From assembly GCA_963920595.1 (NCBI GenBank), contig OY986948.1:2232001-2296000 (forward strand): a stretch of DNA of 64,000 nt, in the 5' to 3' direction. The notes beneath the pieces were generated by a model. That model saw nothing but the letters and a program-made list of their open reading frames with translations. It was not told the DNA's origin and did no database searches. Below, in pieces: positions 26,301 through 37,186 of the stretch (its first letter is position 1; the number at the start of each line of letters is the position of its first letter). This DNA comes from Eimeria praecox. Its lineage: Eukaryota. A program made the position numbers and the translations under genes.

Positions 26301-29146
26301 CGGATGCACCTAACCCCATTATACCCTAGGAACTAAACCCCAAACCCACGACACCCCTCACACGAAGGCTCAGTCAAGCTAGCTGGGAAGCAACATTTAC
26401 AAAAAGGTACAGCTTCAACAGTGAGGGCTGAGGATACCAGCTTGTTGACAGCCTCTTGAAAGTCTGCTGCCTGCGTTTGTTGCTGCAGCAGCTCTGCTGC
26501 AATCTTGTCCGAGTAGGCAGCGAACACGGACAGCACATACATCGCGTCCTGCAGCATCAGCTGCTGCTGCCACGCAAGAGCGCTGCTGCTACACTCAGTA
26601 ACCGTTCGTGCCACCAGCTGCTGCAGCGCTGGTGCTGCTGTGGAACCTGCTGCCGCAAGCTCGCCAGCCAGCAGCTCCATTCGATCGGCGTAAGCTTTCT
26701 GGCAAACAGAAAGCCATTCGGCGTCATCCTCCTGCCGATGGTGCCGTTGCTGCTGCTGCGCTGAGCCAAGCTCTATGCCTCCAGTGCCATCTATTGCTAC
26801 TGCTGCACAGTGGCACACACCCAATGCCGCAACGCCGCAGCGGTGCACAGCCGCAGCACAAACCACAGGAAAGGCAGCAAAAACAGCAGGAAAGTCTGCG
26901 GCTGTAACAACAGCAGTACCACGCACACCTCACCTCGCGCAACAGCGAACTCAAGGCCAGCAACTGCAGCAGCAGACGCCGCTGCTGCAGTGTTCATGCA
27001 GACAAAAATAGTCAATGTAGAACGCCAACTCTGACAGGCCCCCTATAGCAAAAAAAGACAGCAGCTGGCCCAATAGAACTGCACAGCGGCAACGGTAGCA
27101 GGAACACTCAGAGCGCCTGCAGCAAGAGCAAGAGCAGACCTGAAGCAATGCCTCGTCCTTGTAAGACAGAAGTGAGGAGAAGAAGGGAAGGGTTGGATTT
27201 ATCAGGCTGCGGTACTCCTCCAGCTGATCAACCAGCTCCCGGTGCTGCTGCTTTTCCTGTTGCAGCTGCTGTTGCAGTTGCTCCTGCAATGCCCCCAGCT
27301 TGCTCCTGTCGTTGCTGTTGTTATTTCCACCAGCAGCAACGGCCTCCACCACTTCAGTCTGCCCCGCTGCAGAAGCAGCGGCCGGTTCAGGTTCGGAACC
27401 CGTCCGCTGCTGCTGCCGCTGCTGCTGCTGCTGCTGCTGGGAGCGTTGATGCTGTTGGCGCTGCTGCTGCTGAGAGAAAGTCTGCCTCCTTGCCGCAGTT
27501 TCTGCTGCAGCTGAGGCGACTGCTTTGTCTGTGGCTGCTGCTGCAGCAGCGAGCGCCTTTGCTGCTGCCCTCACGGCCTTGCGTTGTATGTCCAGCTGGA
27601 AGAAGTCAAGAATAGGGAGCAACGCAGCTGCAGCCCCCGACAGGAAAGAAAGCAGCGGCTGTTCGTCAATCACACGACAGAGAATGAGTAGAAATTTCTC
27701 CCCAGTGTCGATGTACTGAAGATGCGATAGCTGTTGCTTCAAAGCCTCCATATACTCAGCTGTGCAAACACCGCAAGCATGAATTCCCCCCCCACCTCAG
27801 AGCCCCGAAAACAGCAATGGTGGCAGCATGCAGCCATCCAAGACAGACAAAGGCAGACAACAGCAGACGTCCATACAAACAGGCAGATATAGAGACAGGC
27901 ACGCAGGCAGACAGCTGACAGTTCACATACAGGAAAGGAACCAAAGGCAAAGAGGAACTAATATACGCTAGTCCAACGCAGCCAGGTTGCATGGAGGCGA
28001 AGATAGTTACACAGGCACGCAAAAACCACCTAGTCCACGGCGGCGGGAGAGGAAGATTAAATACAACACACAAAAACATGTAAAGAGGAGGTCAGCTGCA
28101 CCATCAGCAGCAGGAGAAGCAACGCCAGCAGCACCAGCAACTCACGCGTCCGGGCAATAACGGCTGCCGTTTGCATGGGTAAGACATCCAATAGCAAGTA
28201 GACGCACGAGCCGATCAAAAGATCCTTCTGTGTTGCCATGCCCTACACACGCAGCGTGCACAAAGCTTGCCCATGCTCCTGCTGGTGGTGCTACAGCTGT
28301 CGATGCTGCTGCAGCTGCTGCTGGGGAATATGTGAGCAGGGAAAGCCTCCAGATGCCCGCAACAGCAAGGCTCGGCGATGCCTGGGCCTATCAAGTTTTA
28401 CGAAGTGAGGGAGGGCACGGGACAAGGAGAGAGAAAAGTACAAGGCGAAGACACAGCATCACGAATAGTAGACAATGTCACAGTCAAGCCGCATCGACAA
28501 AAGCAACTAGGAGACGAAAGCAGAACAGATACACACGAAAATCCTGATAAAGAACAGCCCTCAGTCAAGCCTCACATCATCGTCTGCTCCCCCTGCTAGC
28601 TCCCTAGCTAGCTGTTCATCCAGAGCTTCCTGAGACACTACTGCTTGTGCTTCCGACGCGTCTGCATCTGCGCTGGCACCTAAATGGCCACCACCAGCAA
28701 CAGCTGAACCTGCTGTTCTTCTCTGCAGCAGCAGGAACAGTGCATGCAACACGCGCTGCAGCGGGAAAGATCCCAAGTGCTCATCGGTGGCAAATGAAAG
28801 CCACTGCTGCAGTTCGCTCAGACACGCCAACTGAAACGCACAGCAGGACACACTCCTGATGCTGCTGCTGCTTATGTCTTTACGGCTGCATCGGCTGTAC
28901 TGGAAGATGCACACTGCACTACCCCTGCTCTCGCTACTGGCACCGCTAGTGTGGGTGCTTGCGATACTGGCATTCATATTGCTGCTGCTTTTGTTGTTGT
29001 TGCTCCTGCCTTTGGTGCGGCTGCTCCGGCCGCTACTGCTTCTGTTTCCCTGGAAGGTGTACCTGTTGGGCCTCGTTTGGGTGGGCGAGCAGCTGCAGCA
29101 CATGCTGCCAGTGCCTTTCGTCACCATCCTGCCCATGTGAGAACAT
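17326..29146 (-). CDS. HECT-domain E3 ubiquitin ligase, TRIP12/UFD4/UPL3 type (ARM-like N-terminus), multi-exon
   Basis: N-terminus MFSHGQDGDERHWQHVLQLLAHPNEAQQ|LACLSELQQWLSFATDEHLGSFP; ARM-like LQYIDTGEK...LDFFQLDIQRKAV; CPFLFPLQLR; HECT motifs LEVEFAGEEGVGQGPTNEFY, FRLLGQLAAKALVDGR, APDHG, FTPAQRAAFLKFVTGSTILPAGGF|...LPSVMTCSNYIKLPNYSSKQILKERLLLALEEGQGAFTLS* (catalytic Cys; stop at 17326-17328). The start codon at 29146 is the best guess (upstream in-frame stop, GCAAAG|ATG context). Confidence 0.92.
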
Positions 29147-31044
29147 CTTTGCTCCTGTCGCTGCTGCTGACGCTGCAACAGCTGCTGCAGCTGCGGCTGC
29201 TGCTGCTGCTGCTGCTGCAGATGATAGCCTGTGGAGAGCCCAGAGCTCTTAGGTGCCGACGGAAGGCTTCTGCTGCTGCAGCTGCTGATGCTGCTGCGTT
29301 TGCTGTTCCTGCTGAGAGTGCTACAGCTAATGGAAATACCCCCACAGAAGGCCAAACACGGGTCTGCCGCCGCTGCTGCTGGTGGTGCAGGGGCAGACTT
29401 GTTTTGCTCTTTCCTACGGCCGCAATGGGCACTGCGTTAGCTGACGCAGTTACTGCGAACGCAGCAGCCGCTGCTGCAACTGCCACCTACCCGAATTTCG
29501 TTAAAGTCGCGATCGTTCTTCCCCCCCCTCCCCCCACGGGCAGAGCGTGCAGCAGCAGCTGCAGCTGCTGCTGCTTCTGCTGCTTCTCCAGGGTCTCCGG
29601 TGTAATGAAGACCCTTGAAAGAAACGAATGAGAAGGAGCAGCAACTGCTGGTGCCACCAGCACGGTTGCTGCTGCCCGGCGCCTGCGCAACAGCAGCAGC
29701 GGCTTCTCACACGGCTACTGCTGTCGCTGGAAGGAAAAGGCTCAGAAGCTGAAGCTACCCATTCAAAAGGTGCTGCTATAAAGCCACAGGAGCAGCAAGA
29801 GTTGGAGATAAATCAAAGCAGTGATGCCCGACTGCACTGCTGTAGCTGCTGCTGCTACGCAGTAGCCGCCGCCGCAGCCGCGCCAGCAGCAGCCGACAAC
29901 GGAGTTGCCCTTTAAAACGAGCTGCAGCCGCTGTTTCTGGAGTTGTATTGTCTAGTTGTTGTTGTTGCCAGCAAGAAGGAGTGCTGCAAACGGCGGCGGT
30001 GGTTTTCTGTGTCGCAACAGTAGCAGCAGCAGCTGCTGCTGCTGCTGACGCTGCAACGGAGCAGTCTGTCTTTATTGACTCATTTAGAGCATTCAGCTGC
30101 GCGTGTTGAACTTCATATTAGAGGATAGCAAGAATCAAACTGGTTTCCTCCATGTTCTTGAAAAATATAGTCAACCCCCCCAGCACGCAGCCACGCCTCA
30201 CGTCGTCTCTGCCGCATTGTCGTTAAAGCCCTAAGCTGCGGATTCAGGTAGTTGTAGTAAAATTAGCAGAGTACGAAGAGACTGGCAATCCCTCTTTAAT
30301 CAGGATGTTGGCCTTTTCTGCGGTAGGAGCGTGTATTCCCCTTCATAGTGTACAGGTACACACGGAGGGAGGTGCACGTGCTTCCGTGTTAGAGACACCA
30401 TTTAAACAGCTCCACCAGATGCCGCAGTAGGAGCCGTATCACCCTTAGAAAAGCAACAGCAGGACTAGAAGCAGCTGCAGCAACAGCACCAGCAGCAGGA
30501 GCAGCACGAGGTGTAAGTGCAGCGGCCCCCCAGAGAAGCAGCGGCAACAGCCTGAGCTGCATCGGCTGCAACGGAAATCGCAGGATTCGCGGCACCCAGA
30601 AGCAGCAGCATCATCTACAACGAAAATAAAACTTGAGAGGACTCTAGGGACCCCTGGCAGCAAAAACGGGTAAGACGTGCGCCTGGGGACTGTAGAAGCT
30701 GTGAGTGCTGGAACAACCCCATCGCAAAGAGACAGATCTTCGCTGCGTTTGCAAATCTGTACGAGCGACGCCGCTGCCGCAATGCCTGCTGCAGCCGCTG
30801 TCCCCTTGCTACTGCTGCCGCACATCTGCTCCTGTTAGTAGCCTCAGTCTCCTTACAACGCATTAAACCAACAGAATGGGGATACAGAGCGGCAAACAGT
30901 ACGTACGAGCACAAGCCAGAAACGGCACAATGAACCTGGTACGTGAACGTAGACAAAAAACAGAGAGGACAGTCAACGGGGGATGCCGTACCCCTACGAG
31001 CCCCTCCCAAAATATAGCCAGAGCGTGCCGACGCTATCCGCCTA

Positions 31045-31470
31045 TCTGTCCATCTAATCTACATATCTAATATATCCAATCGATCCACATAATGTATCTA
31101 CCTAGTCAACCTATCTTATCTATCTACATAATGGATGAATCTAAATCTACCTAATCCATCTACCCAACCTATTTACCTAATCTATCTACCCGACCTACCT
31201 ATCTAATCTATCCACGTAATCTACCTCGCTTATCTGCCAAACTAATATATGTATCTAATGTAGCTAATCTTCCTGTCTGATCTATCTAGTCCATCTCCAT
31301 AATCTACCTAATCTATCTATCTACCCTATCTACCTAATATATCTATCTAACTCATGTACCTATCTATCTATATCTAGGCCTAGATAGATCTCGACAGATC
31401 TAGGTAGGTCTACGCCTATCCAGACATATCTAAATGCATAAAGGTAGATATATAGGTAGAATATATAGAT
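31045..31470. repeat. Degenerate (ATCT)n/(TAGA)n simple repeat with a central palindrome
   Basis: CTAT/ATCT-rich tract 31045-31370 switches to TAGA-rich sequence after the perfect palindrome TATCTAGGCCTAGATA (31371-31386). Confidence 0.8.
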
Positions 31471-32270
31471 GTGTAAGATCTGACAGCCTGCGTGGTGCAT
31501 AATGTACTAAATACGGAAGCATATACACATAATCAAGTACACACAGATGCATAGTTATGTGTCTGGTGAGATTCTGAAGTCTCTACTGCATGCCAACTTC
31601 AGCCAGTCAACATGACCTGTCAGTATGCTGCTGCTGCTACTGCAAAGTGTGCCCCATACGCCCCATTACCATGAAGCCCCGAGGCAACTGCTTAGGCTAA
31701 AAGCTCTCTCACTTCGCTGTGCATACACCACGGCACAAGGGGCTGAGCGGCAAACGATGGAGAAGAGGGCGAGCCACAGGGAAGGATAACGACACCAGAA
31801 AAGGAGGAAAGTTGCCGTCATATTGCCAAAATGCTGCTTCCATCCCCGAAAGGAAGGCGAAGTAACAGCCAGCACAAACAGCCCGCCCCCCAACGCAGCC
31901 TAGTTTGCTTCGATGGCAGCAAGGCAACATACTGAACCTAGGCAGCAGCGGCAGCGGCAGCTGCAGCGACTGCAGTAGCTGCACTAACTGTAGTAGCTGC
32001 AGCGGCTCGAGTTTTCCTTTCCATTTCCCTTTAGAGAATACGAAATAGGGATATACGCACAAACTGTCGTGCTGCGCTTGAGGAAGGGCTCCTCGCTGCG
32101 CTGCTGGTGTCTGTCCACGTCAACGAATGTCGCTGCAGAAAAAACTGTAGCTGCAGCAGAAAACACTGCCACTGCTGCCGCAACTGTAAGAATCACTACA
32201 GATAGAGATAGAGCAGCAGCAGCCAAATCTCTCTCCTTTCCGCCTGCTACGGCGCGTGCTGTAGAGACAG

Positions 32271-34387
32271 TTACACTTCTTCCTGAGAGGCAATGCGGTA
32301 CATGTCAGTCACTACGAGAGTCGTCGTAGCGTGTTCCTGCAGCACCTCCTGCTGCGGTTCCTTCACCTCCTTGTGCTTGCGCGGTGGCGTCTCCTGCTGC
32401 AGGTGCATTAGCAGGTGCTGCTGCTGCTTGTCGCATCCTTTCTTCCCGGCGCAGAACTCCCTCAGACTATCCTCATTCCCGGCAGCCGACGTGCAGATGG
32501 CGCAGCGGAGGTCCTTCTCTGCCACCTCCTGCAGCAGCAAGTCAAGCGTGCATACACCTCAACGGAGAGTCACACTGTGCAGAAACAGTTCTGCAGGGTC
32601 TGCTTTGTGAATCACCACTTCATCCTTCTCGTCTCTCTTAAAAGGGAAGGGAAGGACAGCAATCAATACTCACAGAATGCTGCCGGTCTACAGTTATCCA
32701 GGGCACGTGGTCGTGTTCCGGCGTCTGTTCAGCCATCAAGTGCTGCATTCGTTCTCCCTACCAAAGCACACACACACACACCATCGGACAAGCACGACAC
32801 AGTGACAAGCAGCACAAGCAGCTACTTAAAATTGACATCAGCGAGACAGAAATTAGGGGAGGCGCTAACAGACTTCGCGCTGCGCTGTGGGGTTACTGTA
32901 CAGCTCAAAGGCCTCTGCTGTAGAAAACACTGTAGCACGCAACAGAACCTAAGATGCGGCCACTACAATACTGCACTAAAACAGCCGTAACAAACTGGGG
33001 TAAGGCCATGGCAGGGGGGGATGGGGTTGCATGCGTTGCCCCGTAGTCAAAGCAGCCTGATTTCGGCTACTGTTCAAGTGTATTACCGCTGGGGTAAGGC
33101 TGCAGACAAGGGTCTCGAACACGAACATCTTTGCGTGGCTGCTAGGAAGATTCACTTCACACATAACCCAGGAGTTCTTTCCTCCCGTTGCTGCTGCCGC
33201 TGCTGCTGCAGTTACTTCAGCAGAAGATATCGCTGCATCGTTTGCTGCCTTTGCTGCAGCCATTGCCGCAGCAGCTGCTTCGCGTGCAGCAGGGCCCACT
33301 GCCCCGTGTTTTGCTGCTTCTGCAGCAGCTTTTGCTGCTTCAATTGAGCGGCGGGCCTCAGTAATGGCTAGCTGGCTAGCTGCAATAGCCTTTGCCAAGT
33401 GCGCCTCAGCCTTAATCAGACTGGCTGCATCCAGCTGGCTTTTGTTCACGCAATCTATCCAGGGTGCCCACCTGCAAAGAAGGCCCCACAAACCCCAATC
33501 ACCAACCTTAAACCCCAGCAAGCCTCAACCAGAAACCGCCGTTGATGCCAGCTCGGGCGAATACGTGAGGGGTGAGCACAATGTGCTTGTGCTCATCAAC
33601 AGACGAGGAGAGCTCTTTTATGGGTATGCCAAAGGAAGTGCCATGGCGCTCTTACGCTGTCTGTGCTGCTGCTACTACCACTGCTGCTGTTGCTGGAGCC
33701 TACACGTCAATTAGCGCTTCCCTCATCAGTCCAAGGCCGCAGGCCTCCACTCGGTTCAAGTAACACTCCTCAGGTCCGTGCTGTAGAAACGACAGAAGCA
33801 GTATTACGAACAGAAAGACGGGCAAAGAGCCACTCAAGAGCCTGTTTTCAGGCCGCCGTATAGATAGTGGCACAATTGGAGAAAACTACTAATGCCTCGC
33901 CTGCCTGAATGTAGGGGGTAGAACTGCGAGAAGACATTCACCTGGCACTCATATTCGTAATGCCCGGTCTCTGTCAGTGTCTCCTTGGTGTTCCCGTAAG
34001 GCACCGGGTGTATCGCCACCTTGGCCAGCTGCAACTCTTTTGAGTACTGCGCCACATCCTGTAGCTGCTCGCTAATAAACAACTGGCTAGCTGGGCAGCG
34101 CTGCGACAACACCCAAAGAGGAAACCAGAATGGCAAACTGCACGGAAGGTTGGTTTTCGTGAAACGGTAAGAAGCGCCCGAGACACACACGGTGACCGAT
34201 GGTGTGCAACGGCCATGGAGCCCCCCTGGTTAGGGAGATGAAGGGGAAATTAGTTAATATGGTATTATTAATACATTTAATCAAGTAACCGTCTTACACT
34301 TTCGTAATAAATGCCAATGTCTACAGCAAATGTGGAGTGCGTCGCCGACAATACGCCCAAGAAGAACGCCGCGGAAAGCATAGTCAT
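32271..34387 (-). CDS. GILT: Gamma-interferon-inducible lysosomal thiol reductase (GILT) family protein, 6 coding exons
   Basis: Spliced by eye with phase-compatible GT-AG introns: MTMLSAAFFLGVLSATHSTFAVDIGIYYES|RCPASQLFISEQL...HPVPYGNTKE...YECQ|HGPEECYLNRVEAC...IDV|WAPWIDC...VCSLTPA|GERMQHLMAEQTPEHDHVPWITVDRQHS|EVAEKDLRCAIC...QEEV*. It contains the GILT signature CQHGxxECxxNxxxxC, the YESxCP active-site context, VPYGN and VPWI. Confidence 0.9.
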
Positions 34388-34874
34388 GGTGGGCTGAAAG
34401 CGGGGTTAAAGCAACAAAAAGAAAGACAATAAGGACTACTTAATGCGCTCCTTGTGTGTACTTACGTCAACTTCAATACTGGAGTGAATCGAATAGTCCC
34501 AAATTTGCAGGCTTCCCGGGCTGTCAACTACTGGACGATCGCTGAATGCATGCTCTGTGGTGTTCGGGCATCCAGACCCAGGGCTTTCGCTGGTGGTGGC
34601 GCTTCTGTTTTTTCTTCTTTTTGGCGAACTGTTCTTGTTTTCCGATGGTATGTGAATACGTATGGAAAAGGAACATCGGGCCGCTCTTGCTCTCTGGGCT
34701 TCACCAGCTGCAAGCGCAGCATTCAGCTTCCCAGAGGTTCTCATCGAACAGCAGGCGGCAGCTCTTGATCTGCAAGCATATCTTGCTTGTTTTTTATATT
34801 AGTAATTAGCATCTAGCTTCCTTTTTGTCGTGGCTTCAATGAGGTGGGAACATCGGGGAGTCGACGCCTCCACC

Positions 34875-35537
34875 ATGAGACGGTGGCCCGCTCGCTTCCT
34901 CTTCTTCGCGTCCTTCTCCCTGCTTTTTTCGTCTATCTGCGCACATTCGGCAGCTGCTGCTGCCAACAGCTCCCGCCTTCTGGGCATAGAGCACCCCTAC
35001 GAGTCTTTGGGGTCTCTAACGGAGACTAGCCTTAACAATCTGGGTGACGGGACCCTTTCTTACCGCACGGAAACACAAGAAGAGGAATACATCCCTCTCC
35101 CTCATCCTACCCAGCAGGCACCCCCACCACAACAGCAGCCAGTGCATGTGGAGCGGCACGTGATAGTGCTGGGGGAGGAGCGTCCCCGGGTTCCGGTATT
35201 GCGGGGCCGGGGTTTCTTTATCGTGGGGCTTCTAATGCTGGCGATGTGTCTGTCTGCCATCAACAGCCATCCCGATTCGAAGTCCCCCGGATTCTTGAAA
35301 GGCGTTTCAGCGAGTGCAAAAAATGTGGCACAGCTCAGAGACCTGGCGCGCAGCCTGTTTGTGCTCTTAACTGCAGCGGCTGCTCCTGTGCTGATTGTTT
35401 GGGGAGCAAAGCGCCTTTTCAAGACGCTTCCCGCATACCTGAAGTGGGCAAAAGACAACGACGAGTTCGGTATTGGCCAGCTTGTCATCATTCTTCTGTA
35501 CACCTGGATGTTCTTCTTTGATCCCACTGCGAAGTAA
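34875..35537 (+). CDS. Hypothetical intronless membrane protein (signal peptide + ~3 hydrophobic segments)
   Basis: [33 protein letters not shown]...; hydrophobic stretches [36 protein letters not shown] and [25 protein letters not shown] start context; not low-complexity. Confidence 0.7.
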   Translation: MRRWPARFLFFASFSLLFSSICAHSAAAAANSSRLLGIEHPYESLGSLTETSLNNLGDGTLSYRTETQEEEYIPLPHPTQQAPPPQQQPVHVERHVIVLGEERPRVPVLRGRGFFIVGLLMLAMCLSAINSHPDSKSPGFLKGVSASAKNVAQLRDLARSLFVLLTAAAAPVLIVWGAKRLFKTLPAYLKWAKDNDEFGIGQLVIILLYTWMFFFDPTAK

Positions 35538-35694
35538 CCGCAACCAAGGAAATAAAACCAACGCAAGGATGCCCGTTGTGCCGGCTGCCGCCACAGTGTC
35601 TTTGCTTTGAACCGTTTTCACTTGTGTGCTCCTGCAAGCACCCAAACGTGCAACGAAGTACCAGGCATGCACGAATCTTTCCATATTACATAGG

Positions 35695-35697
<3 letters not shown>

Positions 35698-35789
<92 letters not shown>
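35698..35789. repeat. (AT)n microsatellite
   Basis: Pure TA run. Similar runs occur at ~37120-37181, ~47190-47257, ~56315-56388, ~57408-57456, ~58619-58658 and ~62021-62128. Confidence 0.97.
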
Positions 35790-35792
<3 letters not shown>

Positions 35793-37117
35793 GTATATAT
35801 AATATACTGCATATATACAGAATTAAAGATAAGTGCATGTGGGACTATCTTGTGTAATTGTATGAAGGAAAGACCTTGACTTCTAGGGATTATCCCACAC
35901 GTAAGGCCGTTTTCCCCTGAAGGGGAGAGCGGCGGGGGAGTAGTTGCATGCTTCTGTGCATGAGCGCGAACATGCGCTGCAGAACCTCGAGTTAGTTTAT
36001 GCACGTGTGCGTCGAAGTGCATGCATATGCAAAAGGCTGTATCTGCATGTGTCTACAACTTGCATGTGTCTATACTTGTATGCTTGGACGTGTGTATAAA
36101 CACACATATGCATATACATACTTCCGCGTGCGAATTCGTGGATATAAATGGCTACAAGTGGACAACTGAGCAAATCATGCCTTCATACACGGGACTGCAG
36201 GTTCAGCGAAGTGACAAAGCTCTCTCCATGATTCCAAGACGCCTGCCCAGACGCCGGGTCTTTATTGTGCGCATGATGGACGGACATGGTTGGGAAGGAG
36301 TTCCTTCACTGCAGCGCAGGGGGAAGCCAAGACACGCTTAGTTGTACAAAAGGCTTGCTGCAGGCAAAGCTAATGCGGGGGATCTTTCCTTTTGTCCTTC
36401 CTAGACTCTCCCTGCCGCACATTTTGGGCGGGGGGTGCACCACACACCCTGCATTCGGGAAACAAGCGGCAGAGGCGGTGTTTTGCAGAGACCCGTGTTG
36501 ATGCTGCCACAGCAAACTTGAAATTAAAGCATTAACTTTGCACATTCATAATAGTGCCGCTCGTCGGTTCCTGCGCTGCTGCTGCTGCTGCTACTTTACT
36601 CTCTCGAGGGCTTGCTGATTGCTTGAGCGAATAGCTGCAGGCATTTTCTTAAATTAGGGCGTAAGTTAACTAGGCACCAGTTTTCCTACCGAGAGAAGAC
36701 AGAAACAGGTGTAGCCTGTTGCCAGCTACTGGAACGCTCTCTCCTCTCTTGTCTGCTCCAGTTCTGTCTTGAGCCCCCATCGGTTTTATATCAACTTCAA
36801 ACTGTCTTTGGGGTGCACTGTTTCCTTCCTCTTGCTTGTGTACCTGCCTGTATCTATCTTCCCGCTTGTATAATATGTTGTAAAACGCTTACAGAAAGAT
36901 ACTACAAGGGGAAGAAAAGGAGATAAAGCAGTACACATAGGCAGAAACGACGAGTATGCAGATGAAGCAATGAAACAGACTGGTGGAGCGGGGGAGGGCC
37001 GACAACAGGAACAGCTGGGGACAGCGCGAAAGAAAAACAGAAGGCAGAAACAGATGCCAGAAGAAAGGAACAGGGATGTACAATGAAGGAGAGACGCATT
37101 AAAACAGAGGAAAAGGA

Positions 37118-37186
<69 letters not shown>

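Noticed and set aside
19125..30850. Numerous plus-strand and alternate-frame Leu/Cys/Ala-rich ORFs
   Set aside because: These are shadows of CAG/CTG repeats, which lack stop codons; the HECT gene explains most of the region.
32540..32640. In-frame TGA upstream of EVAEKDL (possible selenocysteine)
   Set aside because: It lies within the last GILT intron (GTGAGT...CTGCAG).
33540..33705. Apparent in-frame TAG/TAA after the GILT signature exon (read-through or pseudogene)
   Set aside because: A phase-2 donor GAC GT|GTAGGC joins cleanly to the TTTGCAG|G TGG acceptor, so the stops are intronic.
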